A stretch of DNA of 64,000 bases from assembly GCF_054482595.1 (NCBI RefSeq), contig NZ_CM137008.1; one strand, written 5' to 3'. Position numbers and translations under genes: made by a program. How positions within the stretch are numbered: the stretch's first letter is position 1; every line of letters starts with the position of its first letter. Shown here in pieces: positions 30,427 through 40,898 of the stretch. The notes under the pieces were generated by a model that was not told where the DNA came from, made no database searches, and worked only from the letters and a program-made list of their open reading frames with translations.

Positions 30427-30449
30427 AAACCCGCCGTTGAGCGGGTTTT
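30427..30449 (+). terminator. tR'-like terminator in the late leader upstream of the holin
   Basis: The hairpin is AAACCCGCcgttgaGCGGGTTT followed by a T-rich tract. This position is analogous to the lambda 6S RNA terminator read through by Q. Confidence 0.6.
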
Positions 30450-30600
30450 GTCGTTTCTGGGGCTGGGGATTCGTTGGTCCTGGTCTATTCCGCAGTTATC
30501 CATTGGTTCGGCTTCTTTGACGTTTCCGCTTCTAATTTGCTGTACATGATGTTCCCTCAATTTGCACCTGCTGTATCAGCGAGGTGAGAGATAACTACAA

Positions 30601-30927
30601 ATGCCTCATAACCCAAATACCTGGCTGGAGTTGGTCCAGAGCTGGTGGCGTGGAGACACACCACTGGGCGCAGTGATTATGTCGATCGTTATGGCTGGCT
30701 TGCGCATTGCCTATTTTGGCGGTGGTGGTGGCTGGAAGCGAAAAACGCTTGAGATTTTACTCTGTGGCGCTCTGACGCTGACATTTGCATCCGCGCTTGA
30801 GTATGTCGGATGGCCTAAATCACTATCTGTTGCCATTGGTGGTGGGGTGGGGCTGATCGGTGTCGATGCTATTCGTGGGGCTGCAATGCGAGTAATCGGT
30901 AACAAGTTTGGTGGCTCTAAGGAGTAA
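30601..30927 (+). CDS. holin, lambda S family
   Basis: The 108-aa ORF has 3 TM segments. Its C-terminus LIGVDAIRGAAMRVIGNKFGG parallels lambda S. Confidence 0.85.
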   Translation: MPHNPNTWLELVQSWWRGDTPLGAVIMSIVMAGLRIAYFGGGGGWKRKTLEILLCGALTLTFASALEYVGWPKSLSVAIGGGVGLIGVDAIRGAAMRVIGNKFGGSKE

Positions 30928-30930
30928 TTT

Positions 30931-31407
30931 ATGCAGGTACTAAATTCCCAGCGTAAAGCTTTTCTCGATATGTTGGCGTGGTCAGAAGGAACGGATAACG
31001 GGCGACAGCCAACCCGCAATCACGGCTACGACGTTATTGTAGGTGGTGAGCTATTCACGGATTACTCCGATCATCCTCGCAAACTTGTCACGCTAAACCC
31101 GCAACTTAAATCAACCGCAGCTGGACGTTACCAGCTTCTTTCCCGTTGGTGGGATGCCTACCGCAAGCAGCTTGGCCTGAAAGACTTCTCTCCGAAAAAC
31201 CAGGACGCTGTTGCACTGCAGCAGATTAAGGAGCGTGGCGCTTTACCGATGATTGATCGCGGTGATATCCGTCAGGCTATCGACCGTTGCAGCAATATCT
31301 GGGCTTCACTGCCGGGCGCTGGTTATGGCCAGTTCGAGCATAAGGCTGACAGCCTGATTGCAAAATTCAAAGAAGCAGGCGGAACGGTCAGAGAGATTGA
31401 GGTATGA
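30931..31407 (+). CDS. endolysin, lambda R-type lytic transglycosylase
   Basis: The 158-aa ORF is nearly identical to lambda R as recalled ([22 protein letters not shown]...). Confidence 0.95.
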   Translation: MQVLNSQRKAFLDMLAWSEGTDNGRQPTRNHGYDVIVGGELFTDYSDHPRKLVTLNPQLKSTAAGRYQLLSRWWDAYRKQLGLKDFSPKNQDAVALQQIKERGALPMIDRGDIRQAIDRCSNIWASLPGAGYGQFEHKADSLIAKFKEAGGTVREIEV

Positions 31408-31865
31408 GCAGATTAACCGCGATTATCTCCGCTCTGCTCATCTGCATCATCGTCTGCATGTCATTGGCTGTTAATCATTATCGTGATAACGCCATTACCT
31501 ACAAAGCCCAGCGCGACAAAAATGCCAGAGAACTGAAGCTGGCGAACGCGGCAATTACTGACATGCAGGTGCGCCAACGTGATGTCGCTGCGCTCGATGC
31601 AAAATACACGAAGGAGTTAGCTGATGCGAAAGCTGAAAATGATGCTCTGCGTGATGATGTTGCCGCTGGTCGTCGTCGGTTGCACATCAAAGCAGTCTGT
31701 CAGTCAGTGCGTGAAGCCACCACCGCCTCCGGCATGGATAATGCAGCCTCCCCCCGACTGGCAGACACCGCTGAACGGGATTATTTCACTCTCAGAGAGA
31801 GGCTGATCACTATGCAAAAACAACTGGAAGGAACCCAGAAGTATATTAATGAGCAGTGCAGATAG
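31404..31865 (+). CDS. i-spanin Rz
   Basis: The 153-aa ORF has an N-terminal TM helix and is lambda Rz-like. Confidence 0.92.
   Translation: MSRLTAIISALLICIIVCMSLAVNHYRDNAITYKAQRDKNARELKLANAAITDMQVRQRDVAALDAKYTKELADAKAENDALRDDVAAGRRRLHIKAVCQSVREATTASGMDNAASPRLADTAERDYFTLRERLITMQKQLEGTQKYINEQCR
31624..31806 (+). CDS. o-spanin lipoprotein Rz1, embedded in Rz in the +1 frame
   Basis: The 60-aa ORF has a lipobox (VVGC) and a proline-rich mature part, as in lambda Rz1. Confidence 0.9.
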   Translation: MRKLKMMLCVMMLPLVVVGCTSKQSVSQCVKPPPPPAWIMQPPPDWQTPLNGIISLSERG

Positions 31866-31896
31866 AGCTGCCCATATCGATGGGCAACTCATGCAA

Positions 31897-32190
31897 TTAT
31901 TGTGAGCAATACACCCGCGCTTCCAGCGGAGTATAAATGCCTAAAGTAATAAAACCGAGCAATCCATTTACGAATGTTTGCTGGGTTTCTGTTTTAACAA
32001 CATTTTCTGCGCCGCCACAAATTTTGGCTGCATCAACAGTTTTCTGCTGTCCAATTCCCGAAACGAAGAAATGATGGGTGATGGTTTCCTTTGGTGTTAC
32101 TGCTGTCGGTTTGTTTCCAACAGTAAACGTCTGTTGAGCACATCCTGTAATAAGCATTGCCAGAGCGGCAGAAAACAACATTTTTTTCAT
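31897..32190 (-). CDS. bor: Bor-family outer-membrane lipoprotein (serum resistance)
   Basis: The start was chosen at MKKMLFSAALAMLITGC (97 aa). It is a close match to lambda Bor. Confidence 0.92.
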   Translation of the reverse strand: MKKMLFSAALAMLITGCAQQTFTVGNKPTAVTPKETITHHFFVSGIGQQKTVDAAKICGGAENVVKTETQQTFVNGLLGFITLGIYTPLEARVYCSQ

Positions 32191-32714
32191 CTTATTATCC
32201 TGCATTGTTAAAAACGGCAGAATCCTATGTGACAACAATTAAACGATAGTTAAATGGATTGATGAAAATTAAAACTATATAGGTGTACGGTCAGACTATT
32301 GGAGGTAGTCAGGATTTGAATGTCAGTCTGTTGTCGGCATTCTGGCAATGCAATTTGGATAAAGCGGGGATTAAAAAGATAGAGGCGAGCCGGTCAGGTA
32401 GAAATGAATCAGGCTCAAATTGAAGCGGAAAAGGTCTGTGGCACAAACTGATGCTGCCATAATTACAGCCTGATGACTTGTGGAATGAAACATGTTGAAC
32501 CTCCTTAATTGATGTGATTCGAGTGAGGAAGGCATTCTGTCCCTCTATAGTGTCCATTAAATCAAACGGGAAATTTGTCTCATGCGTGAGACAAGTCTCT
32601 CCATTAGTGAGTTGTATTGATTGCGACTCTTCAAAGAATCCATTACTGCGTTGATGAAAAAGGTTTACTACGAATGAAGGCAGCTATTTCGCTGGTTTCT
32701 TCATTGGAGTACAT

Positions 32715-33065
32715 ATGCCCCCACGAACCCCAAAAGCCTGCCGTGTTCGCGGCTGCCGCTTTACAACCACGGACCCTTCAGGCTACTGCGAAAGCCACAA
32801 AAGCGAAGGCTGGAAGCAATACAAACCTGGACAATCCCGTCATCAGCGCGGCTACGGTTCGAAGTGGGACAGTATCCGCGCGCGTGTCCTGAAGCGTGAC
32901 AAAGGCCTGTGTCAGTTATGTCTGCGTGCTGGTGTGGTGCGTGAGGCGAAGACCGTTGACCACATCATCCCTAAATCGCATGGCGGCACTGATGTCGACA
33001 GTAATCTGCAGAGTTTGTGCTGGCCGTGTCATAAGGCGAAGACGGCCCGTGAACGGCTGAAGTAA
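32715..33065 (+). CDS. HNH endonuclease associated with terminase
   Basis: The 116-aa ORF has DHIIPKSHGG ... N ... CWPCH motifs. It lies immediately upstream of terS, as in HK97-type cos phages. Confidence 0.88.
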   Translation: MPPRTPKACRVRGCRFTTTDPSGYCESHKSEGWKQYKPGQSRHQRGYGSKWDSIRARVLKRDKGLCQLCLRAGVVREAKTVDHIIPKSHGGTDVDSNLQSLCWPCHKAKTARERLK

Positions 33066-33190
33066 GAACCAGTTCCCACTGCCAGAGGGGAGGGGCGGGT
33101 CAAATCCCTGTGACCTGACGTCTTCTGGACTGCCCGCCCCATCGTTTTTTTATACCCGCGAAAAATGAAATTTAACCAGGAGTGCCGCAT

Positions 33191-33685
33191 ATGGCTGGAA
33201 CGGCGGGGCGTTCCGGGCGTCGCCCCAAGCCAACGGCGCGCAAGGCGCTGGCCGGAAACCCCGGCAAGCGAGCCCTGAATAAAGATGAACCTGTTTTTAC
33301 GCCCATCAAAGGTGTTGAGCCACCGGAGTGGTTCGCTGAAGAAGATCTCCCTCTCGCCACGATCATGTGGCAACTGACAACCAAAGAACTCTGCGGTCAG
33401 GGCCTGCTGTGCGTGACTGACCTCGCGGTGCTTGAGCGGTGGTGTGTGGCCTATGAGTTCTGGCGACGTGCCGTGAAAAATATTGCCAGACAGGGCAACA
33501 CCATCACCGGTGCAATGGGCGGTATGGTCAAAAATCCTGAGCTGACCGCCAAAAAAGAACAGGAGTCCGAGATGAGCAGTACGGGGGCAATGCTCGGACT
33601 CGACCCCAGCAGCCGCCAGCGTCTGATTGGCCTGGCGGGGCAGAAGAAAGCCACTAACCCGTTTCTGAAAATTATCGAATCATGA
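33191..33685 (+). CDS. terminase small subunit, P27 family
   Basis: The ORF begins [27 protein letters not shown], with a GGAG 8 nt upstream. Confidence 0.88.
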   Translation: MAGTAGRSGRRPKPTARKALAGNPGKRALNKDEPVFTPIKGVEPPEWFAEEDLPLATIMWQLTTKELCGQGLLCVTDLAVLERWCVAYEFWRRAVKNIARQGNTITGAMGGMVKNPELTAKKEQESEMSSTGAMLGLDPSSRQRLIGLAGQKKATNPFLKIIES

Positions 33686-35415
33686 GCCGGAAATCTTATC
33701 CCAACGTAAATGCTGCCAATCAGTATGCCCGGGATGTCGTTCGCGGAAAGATTGTGGCCTGCCAGTTTGTGATTCAGGCCTGCCAGCGCCATCTTGATGA
33801 CCTGATGGCGGAAAAAAGTAAGTCGTTTCGTTACCGCTTCGACAAGGACCTGGCTGAACGGGCCGCCAAATTTATTCAGCTGTTGCCGCATACCAAGGGT
33901 GAGTGGGCATTCAAACGGATGCCCATCACGCTGGAGCCGTGGCAGCTCTTTGTGATCTGCTGTGCGTTTGGCTGGGTCAATAAAGGTACCCGGCTGCGCC
34001 GCTTCCGGGAGGTGTATACCGAAATCCCCCGTAAGAACGGCAAATCGGCAATCTCTGCCGGTGTCGCCCTGTATTGTTTTGCCTGTGATAACGAGTTTGG
34101 CGCGGAAGTGTATTCCGGTGCCACGACAGAGAAACAGGCGTGGGAAGTCTTTCGCCCGGCGCGACTGATGTGTAAACGCACACCCATGCTGACGGAAGCG
34201 TTCGGGATTGAGGTTAACGCCTCAAACATGAACCGTCCGGAGGATGGCGCGCGGTTTGAGCCGCTGATCGGTAACCCCGGTGATGGTTCATCACCCCACT
34301 GTGCGGTGGTGGATGAATATCACGAGCATGCCACCGATGCACTTTACACCACGATGCTTACCGGGATGGGGGCGCGACGTCAGCCACTGATGTGGGCCAT
34401 CACCACCGCCGGGTACAACATTGAGGGGCCGTGCTACGACAAGCGGCGGGAAGTTCTCGAGATGCTCAACGGTTCGGTACCCAACGATGAACTGTTCGGG
34501 ATCATCTATACCGTTGACGAAGGCGATGACTGGACCGACCCGCAGGTGCTGGAAAAAGCCAATCCAAATATTGGCGTGTCGGTTTATCGCGAATTTTTGT
34601 TAAGTCAGCAGCAGCGTGCGAAAAATAACGCCCGTCTGGCAAACGTCTTTAAAACAAAACACCTCAATATCTGGGTGTCGGCGCGTTCGGCGTATTTCAA
34701 CCTGGTGAGCTGGCAGAGCTGCGAGGATAAATCACTGACCCTTGAGCAGTTCGAGGGGCAGCCGTGCATTCTGGCCTTTGACCTGGCGCGTAAGCTGGAT
34801 ATGAACAGCATGGCGCGACTTTATACCCGCGAGATTGACGGTAAAACGCATTACTACAGTGTGGCCCCGCGTTTCTGGGTACCGTATGACACGGTGTACA
34901 GCGTCGAGAAAAATGAAGATCGACGGACAGCCGAACGCTTTCAGAAATGGGTGGAAATGGGCGTTCTGACCGTTACCGATGGTGCGGAAGTGGATTATCG
35001 CTACATCCTCGAGGAGGCCAAAGCGGCGAACAAAATCAGCCCGGTCAGTGAGTCACCCATCGACCCCTTCGGGGCGACCGGGTTGTCACATGACCTTGCT
35101 GATGAAGACCTGAATCCCGTCACTATCGTCCAGAACTTCACCAATATGTCCGACCCGATGAAAGAGCTGGAAGCGGCGATTGAATCGGGACGTTTTCATC
35201 ATGACGGCAATCCCATCATGACCTGGTGTATCGGCAACGTGGTCGGCAAAACCATTCCGGGTAACGATGATGTGGTGAAGCCCGTCAAAGAGCAGGCGGA
35301 AAACAAAATCGATGGTGCAGTTGCGCTGATTATGGCGGTTGGCAGAGCCATGCTGTACGAGAAAGAAGACACGCTGTCTGACCACATTGAGTCCTATGGG
35401 ATCCGCTCGCTTTAA
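33682..35415 (+). CDS. terminase large subunit
   Basis: The 577-aa ORF has an ATPase Walker-like motif (IPRKNGKS) and a nuclease C-terminus. It is coupled to terS. Confidence 0.92.
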   Translation: MSRKSYPNVNAANQYARDVVRGKIVACQFVIQACQRHLDDLMAEKSKSFRYRFDKDLAERAAKFIQLLPHTKGEWAFKRMPITLEPWQLFVICCAFGWVNKGTRLRRFREVYTEIPRKNGKSAISAGVALYCFACDNEFGAEVYSGATTEKQAWEVFRPARLMCKRTPMLTEAFGIEVNASNMNRPEDGARFEPLIGNPGDGSSPHCAVVDEYHEHATDALYTTMLTGMGARRQPLMWAITTAGYNIEGPCYDKRREVLEMLNGSVPNDELFGIIYTVDEGDDWTDPQVLEKANPNIGVSVYREFLLSQQQRAKNNARLANVFKTKHLNIWVSARSAYFNLVSWQSCEDKSLTLEQFEGQPCILAFDLARKLDMNSMARLYTREIDGKTHYYSVAPRFWVPYDTVYSVEKNEDRRTAERFQKWVEMGVLTVTDGAEVDYRYILEEAKAANKISPVSESPIDPFGATGLSHDLADEDLNPVTIVQNFTNMSDPMKELEAAIESGRFHHDGNPIMTWCIGNVVGKTIPGNDDVVKPVKEQAENKIDGAVALIMAVGRAMLYEKEDTLSDHIESYGIRSL

Positions 35416-35426
35416 CTGAGGTAATT

Positions 35427-35609
35427 ATGATCATGCTGATTCTCGCGCCTCTGGTGGGCGTGCTGGGGGCGCTTTTGCTGGCGTATGGTGCCTGGCTGAT
35501 TTATCCCCCGGCGGGGTTTGTTGTTGCCGGGGCGTTGTGCCTGTTCTGGTCGTGGCTGGTGGCGCGATATCTCGACCGTACACAGTCGTCTGCCGGCGGA
35601 GGTAAATAG
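35427..35609 (+). CDS. small membrane protein (60 aa)
   Basis: It has a GAGG Shine-Dalgarno and two hydrophobic helices. It lies between the terminase and portal genes. Confidence 0.55.
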   Translation: MIMLILAPLVGVLGALLLAYGAWLIYPPAGFVVAGALCLFWSWLVARYLDRTQSSAGGGK

Positions 35610-36850
35610 TGTTCTTTTCGGGATTATTTCAACGAAAAAGTGACGCACCGGTGACCACGCCAGCAGAGCTGGCGGATGCTATCGGGTTGTCCTACGACAC
35701 CTATACCGGAAAGCAGATCAGCAGCCAGCGGGCCATGCGACTGACGGCGGTTTTTTCCTGTGTCAGGGTGCTGGCGGAGTCGGTCGGGATGTTGCCCTGC
35801 AACCTGTATCACCTGAACGGCAGCCTGAAGCAGAGAGCCACTGGCGAACGTCTGCATAAGCTGATCTCCACGCATCCCAATGGCTATATGACGCCGCAGG
35901 AGTTCTGGGAGCTGGTGGTCACCTGTCTGTGCCTGCGGGGAAACTTTTACGCCTACAAAGTGAAAGCATTTGGCGAAGTGGCTGAACTGCTGCCCGTCGA
36001 TCCCGGCTGTGTGGTACCGAAGCTTAACAGTAGCTGGGAGCCGGTCTATCAGGTCACATTCCCGGATGGCTCCACGGATGTACTGAGCCAGGAGGATATC
36101 TGGCATGTGCGCACGCTGACGCTGGACGGACTGGTGGGGCTGAATCCCATCGCCTATGCCCGCGAGGCAATATCGCTGGCGGCAGCGACCGAAGAGCACG
36201 GGGCCAGACTGTTCAGCAATGGCGCGGTGACGTCGGGTGTGTTGCGTACAGAGCAGACGCTGTCAGATCAGGCTTATGAGCGCCTGAAGAAAGATTTTGA
36301 GGAGCGTCACACCGGGCTTGGCAATGCTCACCGCCCGATGATCCTTGAGATGGGGCTGGACTGGAAGTCGATGGCGCTGAACGCCGAGGACAGCCAGTTC
36401 CTGGAAACCCGCAGGTTTCAGCTTGAAGAAATCTGTCGTCTGTTCCGGGTGCCGTTGCACATGGTGCAGAACACCGATCGCGCCACCTTCAACAATATCG
36501 AAGAGCTGGGGCTGGGATTTATCAACTATTCACTGGTGCCGTATCTGACCCGCATCGAACAGCGGATCAACACCGGACTGGTACGAAAAAGTAAGCAGGG
36601 CGTTTATTACGCCAAATTTAACGCCGGGGCGTTACTGCGCGGGGATATGAAGTCCCGTTTTGAAGCCTACGCCACCGGGATCAACTGGGGAATTTACTCT
36701 CCCAATGACTGCCGCGACCTGGAAGATATGAATCCGCGTCCCGGTGGTGATGTCTATCTCACACCGATGAACATGACCACGAAACCCTCCGATGGCAGTA
36801 AAGCCGGTAAGCAGAAGGATAACGCCAATGCAGACGAAACAACGTCTTGA
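35609..36850 (+). CDS. portal protein, HK97 family
   Basis: The 413-aa ORF sits in the expected position, and its sequence character matches HK97-type portals. Confidence 0.9.
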   Translation: MFFSGLFQRKSDAPVTTPAELADAIGLSYDTYTGKQISSQRAMRLTAVFSCVRVLAESVGMLPCNLYHLNGSLKQRATGERLHKLISTHPNGYMTPQEFWELVVTCLCLRGNFYAYKVKAFGEVAELLPVDPGCVVPKLNSSWEPVYQVTFPDGSTDVLSQEDIWHVRTLTLDGLVGLNPIAYAREAISLAAATEEHGARLFSNGAVTSGVLRTEQTLSDQAYERLKKDFEERHTGLGNAHRPMILEMGLDWKSMALNAEDSQFLETRRFQLEEICRLFRVPLHMVQNTDRATFNNIEELGLGFINYSLVPYLTRIEQRINTGLVRKSKQGVYYAKFNAGALLRGDMKSRFEAYATGINWGIYSPNDCRDLEDMNPRPGGDVYLTPMNMTTKPSDGSKAGKQKDNANADETTS

Positions 36851-37478
36851 TGTACCGCTGAGTCTGAAATCTGTCAGTGACTCCGGTGAGTTTGAAGGGT
36901 ATGGCTCTGTCTTTGGTGTAAAGGACAGCCACGATGATGTGGTGATGTCCGGGGCATTTGCTGCTTCCCTGCGGGCGTGGAGTGACAGAAAAGCGTTACC
37001 TGCACTGCTCTGGCAGCACCGTATGGATGAGCCCATCGGTGTTTACACCGAAATGAAGGAAGACGATGTCGGGCTTTACGTCAGGGGGCGGTTGCTCATT
37101 GATGATGATCCCCTGGCAAAACGCGCACATGCACACATGAAGGCCGGTTCGCTAACCGGCCTTTCTATTGGGTACGTCCTGAAGGACTGGGAATACGACC
37201 GGACGAAAGAAGCCTTTCTGCTGAAAGAAATCGACCTCTGGGAAGTCAGTCTGGTGACGTTTCCGTCTAACGACGAGGCGCGGATCAGCGACGTCAAGAA
37301 CGCGCTGGCCCGCGGGGAAATCCCCGAACAGAAAAAAATCGAAAGAGTCCTGCGTGATGTCGGACTCTCCCGTACCCAGGCCAAAGCATTCATGGCCGGG
37401 GGCTATGGCGCACTGTCCCTGCGCGACGCTGAGGATGTGGGCTCTGCACTGAATGCACTGAAAAATCTGAACTTCTAA
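36828..37478 (+). CDS. prohead maturation protease, HK97 family
   Basis: The start was chosen at MQTKQRLD, with an AAGGA Shine-Dalgarno. The protein has GYGSVFG ... SIGY ... EVSLVTFPSN motifs. Confidence 0.88.
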   Translation: MQTKQRLDVPLSLKSVSDSGEFEGYGSVFGVKDSHDDVVMSGAFAASLRAWSDRKALPALLWQHRMDEPIGVYTEMKEDDVGLYVRGRLLIDDDPLAKRAHAHMKAGSLTGLSIGYVLKDWEYDRTKEAFLLKEIDLWEVSLVTFPSNDEARISDVKNALARGEIPEQKKIERVLRDVGLSRTQAKAFMAGGYGALSLRDAEDVGSALNALKNLNF

Positions 37479-37492
37479 TCAGGAGAAATACG

Positions 37493-38698
37493 ATGGCGGT
37501 TGATATTAAAGATGTCGAACAGGTCGCGCAGGAGCTGCAGCAGAAGTTTGACGACTTCAAAGCAAAGAACGACAAGCGCGTGGATGCGATTGAGCAGGAA
37601 AAAGGCAAGCTTGCCGGGCAGGTGGAAACCCTGAACGGGAAACTCAGCGAGCTGGAAAATCTCAAAAGCGACCTTGAAAAAGAGCTGCTTGAGCTGAAAC
37701 GTCCGGCAGGTGGTGCGCAAAATAAACTGGCCACCGAGCATAAAGAAGCGTTTGTGGGCTTCCTGCGTAAAGGCCGTGAAGACGGTCTGCGCGATCTGGA
37801 GCGTAAGGCATTGCAGGTGGGCACCGATGAAGACGGTGGCTACGCCGTGCCGGAAGCGCTGGATCGCAACATTCTCAACCTGCTGAAAGATGAAGTGGTG
37901 ATGCGTCAGGAAGCCACGGTGATCACCGTTGGCGGTTCCGACTACAAAAAACTGGTGAATCTGGGCGGCACGGCTTCCGGATGGGTGGGGGAAACGGATA
38001 CGCGATCCCAGACTGCCACCTCCAGACTGGAGCTGATTGAACCTCTCATGGGGGAAATCTACGGCAACCCGCAGGCTACCCAGAAAATGCTGGACGATGC
38101 CTTCTTCAACGTGGAAGCATGGATCAACAGCGAGCTGGCAACCGAATTTGCCGAACAGGAAGAAATTGCCTTTACCACCGGCGATGGTACCAAGAAGCCG
38201 AAAGGGTTCCTGGCGTATGAATCCACGGATGAAACCGATAAGGTCCGGGCGTTCGGCAAACTTCAGCATATTGTATCCGGCGACGCGACTGCGGTGACCG
38301 CTGATGCCATTATCAAACTGATTTACACGCTGCGAAAGGCACACCGCACCGGCGCGAAGTTCATGATGAACAACAACAGCCTGTTTGCCATCCGTTTGCT
38401 GAAAGACACCGAGGGTAACTATCTGTGGCGTCCGGGGCTGGAACTGGGGCAGCCGTCCTCTCTGGCGGGTTACGGTATCGCTGAAAACGAACAGATGCCG
38501 GATATCGCCGCTGATGCGAAAGCCATTGCATTTGGTAACTTCAAACGGGGTTACACCATCGTTGACCGTATCGGCACCCGCATTCTGCGTGACCCGTACA
38601 CCAATAAACCGTTTGTCGGTTTTTATACCACCAAGCGCACCGGCGGGATGCTGGTCGATTCGCAGGCCATCAAACTGCTGAAGATTGCAGCGGCGTAA
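37493..38698 (+). CDS. major capsid protein, HK97 fold, with N-terminal coiled-coil delta domain
   Basis: The 401-aa ORF follows the protease gene. Confidence 0.92.
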   Translation: MAVDIKDVEQVAQELQQKFDDFKAKNDKRVDAIEQEKGKLAGQVETLNGKLSELENLKSDLEKELLELKRPAGGAQNKLATEHKEAFVGFLRKGREDGLRDLERKALQVGTDEDGGYAVPEALDRNILNLLKDEVVMRQEATVITVGGSDYKKLVNLGGTASGWVGETDTRSQTATSRLELIEPLMGEIYGNPQATQKMLDDAFFNVEAWINSELATEFAEQEEIAFTTGDGTKKPKGFLAYESTDETDKVRAFGKLQHIVSGDATAVTADAIIKLIYTLRKAHRTGAKFMMNNNSLFAIRLLKDTEGNYLWRPGLELGQPSSLAGYGIAENEQMPDIAADAKAIAFGNFKRGYTIVDRIGTRILRDPYTNKPFVGFYTTKRTGGMLVDSQAIKLLKIAAA

Positions 38699-38747
38699 TC
38701 ATTCAGGGGCGCGGAACCGCGCCCCCTGTTCTGACGGGTGAAGAATC

Positions 38748-38948
38748 ATGATCCTGAAACAAGATCTGAAATGGTCACCGGACGGTATGCGTGTTGAGGT
38801 CATTCGGGCCGGTGAGTATGACGACGGGGCGCTGCCTGCCCGGGTGCAGGAGATTGCACTTCAGGCCGGGTTAGCAGAGCGCGGAACCAGTGCAAAAAGC
38901 AGTAAAGCGGCAAAAGAGAAAAAAGCCACGACCAGTAAAGAGGGCTGA
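38748..38948 (+). CDS. hypothetical head-module protein (66 aa)
   Basis: The call rests on position and orientation only. Confidence 0.5.
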   Translation: MILKQDLKWSPDGMRVEVIRAGEYDDGALPARVQEIALQAGLAERGTSAKSSKAAKEKKATTSKEG

Positions 38949-38950
38949 GT

Positions 38951-39274
38951 ATGCTTCTGACAATAGAAGAGATTAAAGCCCAACTCCGGCTGGATGAGGA
39001 TTTCGATACTGATGACCGTCATCTGCAACTGCTGGCCTGTGCGGCGCAAAAGCGGACGGAAACGTATCTGAACCGGAAGCTCTATGCACCGGATGAAACC
39101 ATTCCGGACAGCGATCCGGACGGACTACACCTGCCGGATGATATTCGTCTGGGGATGCTGATGCTTATCAGCCATTTTTACGAAAACCGCTCGTCGGTTA
39201 CGGAAGTGGAGAAACTCGACATGCCGCAGAGTTTTGGCTGGCTTGTCAGCCCGTACAGGTACTTTCCGCAATGA
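38951..39274 (+). CDS. head-tail connector (gp6-like)
   Basis: The 107-aa ORF begins MLLTIEEIKAQLRLD, typical of the gp6 family. Confidence 0.8.
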   Translation: MLLTIEEIKAQLRLDEDFDTDDRHLQLLACAAQKRTETYLNRKLYAPDETIPDSDPDGLHLPDDIRLGMLMLISHFYENRSSVTEVEKLDMPQSFGWLVSPYRYFPQ

Positions 39275-39681
39275 AAATTCGTCAGGCGCAGACCAGCGCA
39301 ACCTACATCCTGCCGGACCCCGGCGAACTGAATAAACGCGTCCTGATCCGCCAGCGGGTGGATATGCCCGCGGATAACTTTGGCGTGGAGCCTCAATACC
39401 CGGTTGCGTTCCGGGCATGGGCGAAGGTTATCCAGACCAGTGCCACCACCTGGCAGGAAACCGCGCAGACCGGAGACGCCATCACCCATTACATCACCAT
39501 TCGCTACCGCCGGGGGATCACTGCTGATTATGAGGTGGTCTGTGGTGACAGTGTGTACCGCGTGAAACGTCAGCGTGATCTGAACGGAGCGCGGCGCTTT
39601 CTGCTGCTGGAGTGTACGGAGCTGGGCGAATTTACGCAGAGTCACGGAGGCAACAATGGCGACTTCCTTTTTGCACGTTGA
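39271..39681 (+). CDS. head-tail adaptor / head closure protein
   Basis: The 136-aa ORF has coupled overlaps with its neighbours and sits in the head-tail joining module. Confidence 0.75.
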   Translation: MKIRQAQTSATYILPDPGELNKRVLIRQRVDMPADNFGVEPQYPVAFRAWAKVIQTSATTWQETAQTGDAITHYITIRYRRGITADYEVVCGDSVYRVKRQRDLNGARRFLLLECTELGEFTQSHGGNNGDFLFAR

Positions 39682-40162
39682 TTTTCAGCAGCCCGCGGAG
39701 ATGCGCTTTAACCGCGCCCGTGTCCGGCGGGCGTTTGTCACGATTGGTCAGCGTCATATGCGTGATGCCCGTCGGCTGGTGATGCGCCGTGTGCGGTCGG
39801 CACCGGGTGAAAACCCCGGTTATCAGACCGGACGCCTGGCTCGTTCGATTGGTTACATGGTACCCAGAGCCAGTAAACATCGCCCTGGTTTTATGGCACG
39901 TATAGCCCCTAACCAGCGTAATGGAGAGGGAAACCGCCGTATCACCGGTGATTTTTATCCGGCTTTTTTGTTCTATGGCGTGAGGCGAGGGGCAAAGCGT
40001 CGTCGCAGCCATCATCGTGGTGCATCCGGTGGCAGCGGCTGGCGACTGGCTCCACGTAATAACTTCATGGTGGAAACGCTTGAAAAGAACCGCAGTTGGA
40101 CACGCTATTTTCTGGCGCGGGAATTGCGTAAATCACTGAAGCCGGAGCGACGACACAGATGA
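39656..40162 (+). CDS. HK97 gp10-family tail-attachment protein
   Basis: The 168-aa basic ORF sits in the position that follows the adaptor. Confidence 0.65.
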   Translation: MATSFLHVDFQQPAEMRFNRARVRRAFVTIGQRHMRDARRLVMRRVRSAPGENPGYQTGRLARSIGYMVPRASKHRPGFMARIAPNQRNGEGNRRITGDFYPAFLFYGVRRGAKRRRSHHRGASGGSGWRLAPRNNFMVETLEKNRSWTRYFLARELRKSLKPERRHR

Positions 40163-40719
40163 AACTGACGCCTGTTATTGCTGCACTGCGTGCCCGCTGT
40201 CCGTATTTTGAAAACCGGGTTGCAGGCGCGGCCCAGTTCAAAAATCTGCCGGAGGTCGGAAAGCTGAAACTCCCGGCGGCATATGTTGTACCGGGTGATG
40301 ATTCTCCGGGAGAAAACAAAAGCCAGACCGACTACTGGCAGGAGCTGAAAGAGGGTTTCTCCGTGGTTGTCATACTGAGTAACGGGCGTGATGAGCGCGG
40401 TCAGTTTGCCTCGTATGATGTGGTGGACGATGTCCGGCAGATGCTCTTTAAGGCTCTGCTGGGCTGGAACCCGGAGGCGTGCGGTAACCCGATTACCTAT
40501 GACGGCGGCACGCTGCTGGATCTGAATCGTCATGAGCTGATTTATCAGTTCGATTTTTCGGTCATCAGCGAGCTGACTGAAGACGATACCCGCCAGCAGG
40601 ATGATCTGAACAGTCTGGATGAACTGCAAACGCTGGCGATTGATGTTGATTATCTCGATCCCGGTAACGGGCCTGACGGCGATATCGAACATCACACCGA
40701 AATAACCCTTCCTTCCTGA
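40159..40719 (+). CDS. tail completion / neck protein
   Basis: The 186-aa ORF is translationally coupled and lies upstream of the sheath gene. Confidence 0.6.
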   Translation: MKLTPVIAALRARCPYFENRVAGAAQFKNLPEVGKLKLPAAYVVPGDDSPGENKSQTDYWQELKEGFSVVVILSNGRDERGQFASYDVVDDVRQMLFKALLGWNPEACGNPITYDGGTLLDLNRHELIYQFDFSVISELTEDDTRQQDDLNSLDELQTLAIDVDYLDPGNGPDGDIEHHTEITLPS

Positions 40720-40727
40720 GAATCTTC

Positions 40728-40898
40728 ATGTTTGTGAAACCTGTTAAAGGGCGGTCAGTGCCTGACCCTGCCCGCGGTGACCTTTTGCCCACCGAAGGGC
40801 GAAATGTTGACGAGAACAACTACTGGCTGCGCCGTGAAGCAGCGGGTGATATCCGGCGCGTGAATAAAAAGGTGAACACCGATGACGATAAGCTTTAA
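40728..40898 (+). CDS. DUF2635-like small protein (56 aa, hand-translated: MFVKPVKGRSVPDPARGDLLPTEGRNV...)
   Basis: It is below the ORF-track cutoff. It overlaps the sheath start. I recall this family as conserved upstream of Mu-like sheath genes. Confidence 0.6.
   Translation: MFVKPVKGRSVPDPARGDLLPTEGRNVDENNYWLRREAAGDIRRVNKKVNTDDDKL

Noticed and set aside
30340-30549. A 69-aa ORF lies in the late leader upstream of the holin.
   Set aside because: It overlaps the tR'-like terminator hairpin and has no Shine-Dalgarno. The region is better explained as the late promoter and leader. I could not place a convincing -35/-10 pair, so I do not call a promoter.
31624-31806. A polyproline run ([15 protein letters not shown]) might relate to the proline-rich mini-ORFs.
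   Set aside because: It is the well-known proline-rich mature region of the Rz1 o-spanin lipoprotein, so it is explained by the lysis cassette.
32309-32557. An 82-aa minus-strand ORF lies between bor and the HNH gene.
   Set aside because: It has no recognisable ribosome-binding site or family resemblance, so I leave it unannotated.
33066-33181. A possible cos site lies between the HNH endonuclease and the small terminase subunit.
   Set aside because: The position is right for an HK97-type cos site. I cannot identify the cohesive-end sequence from sequence alone.
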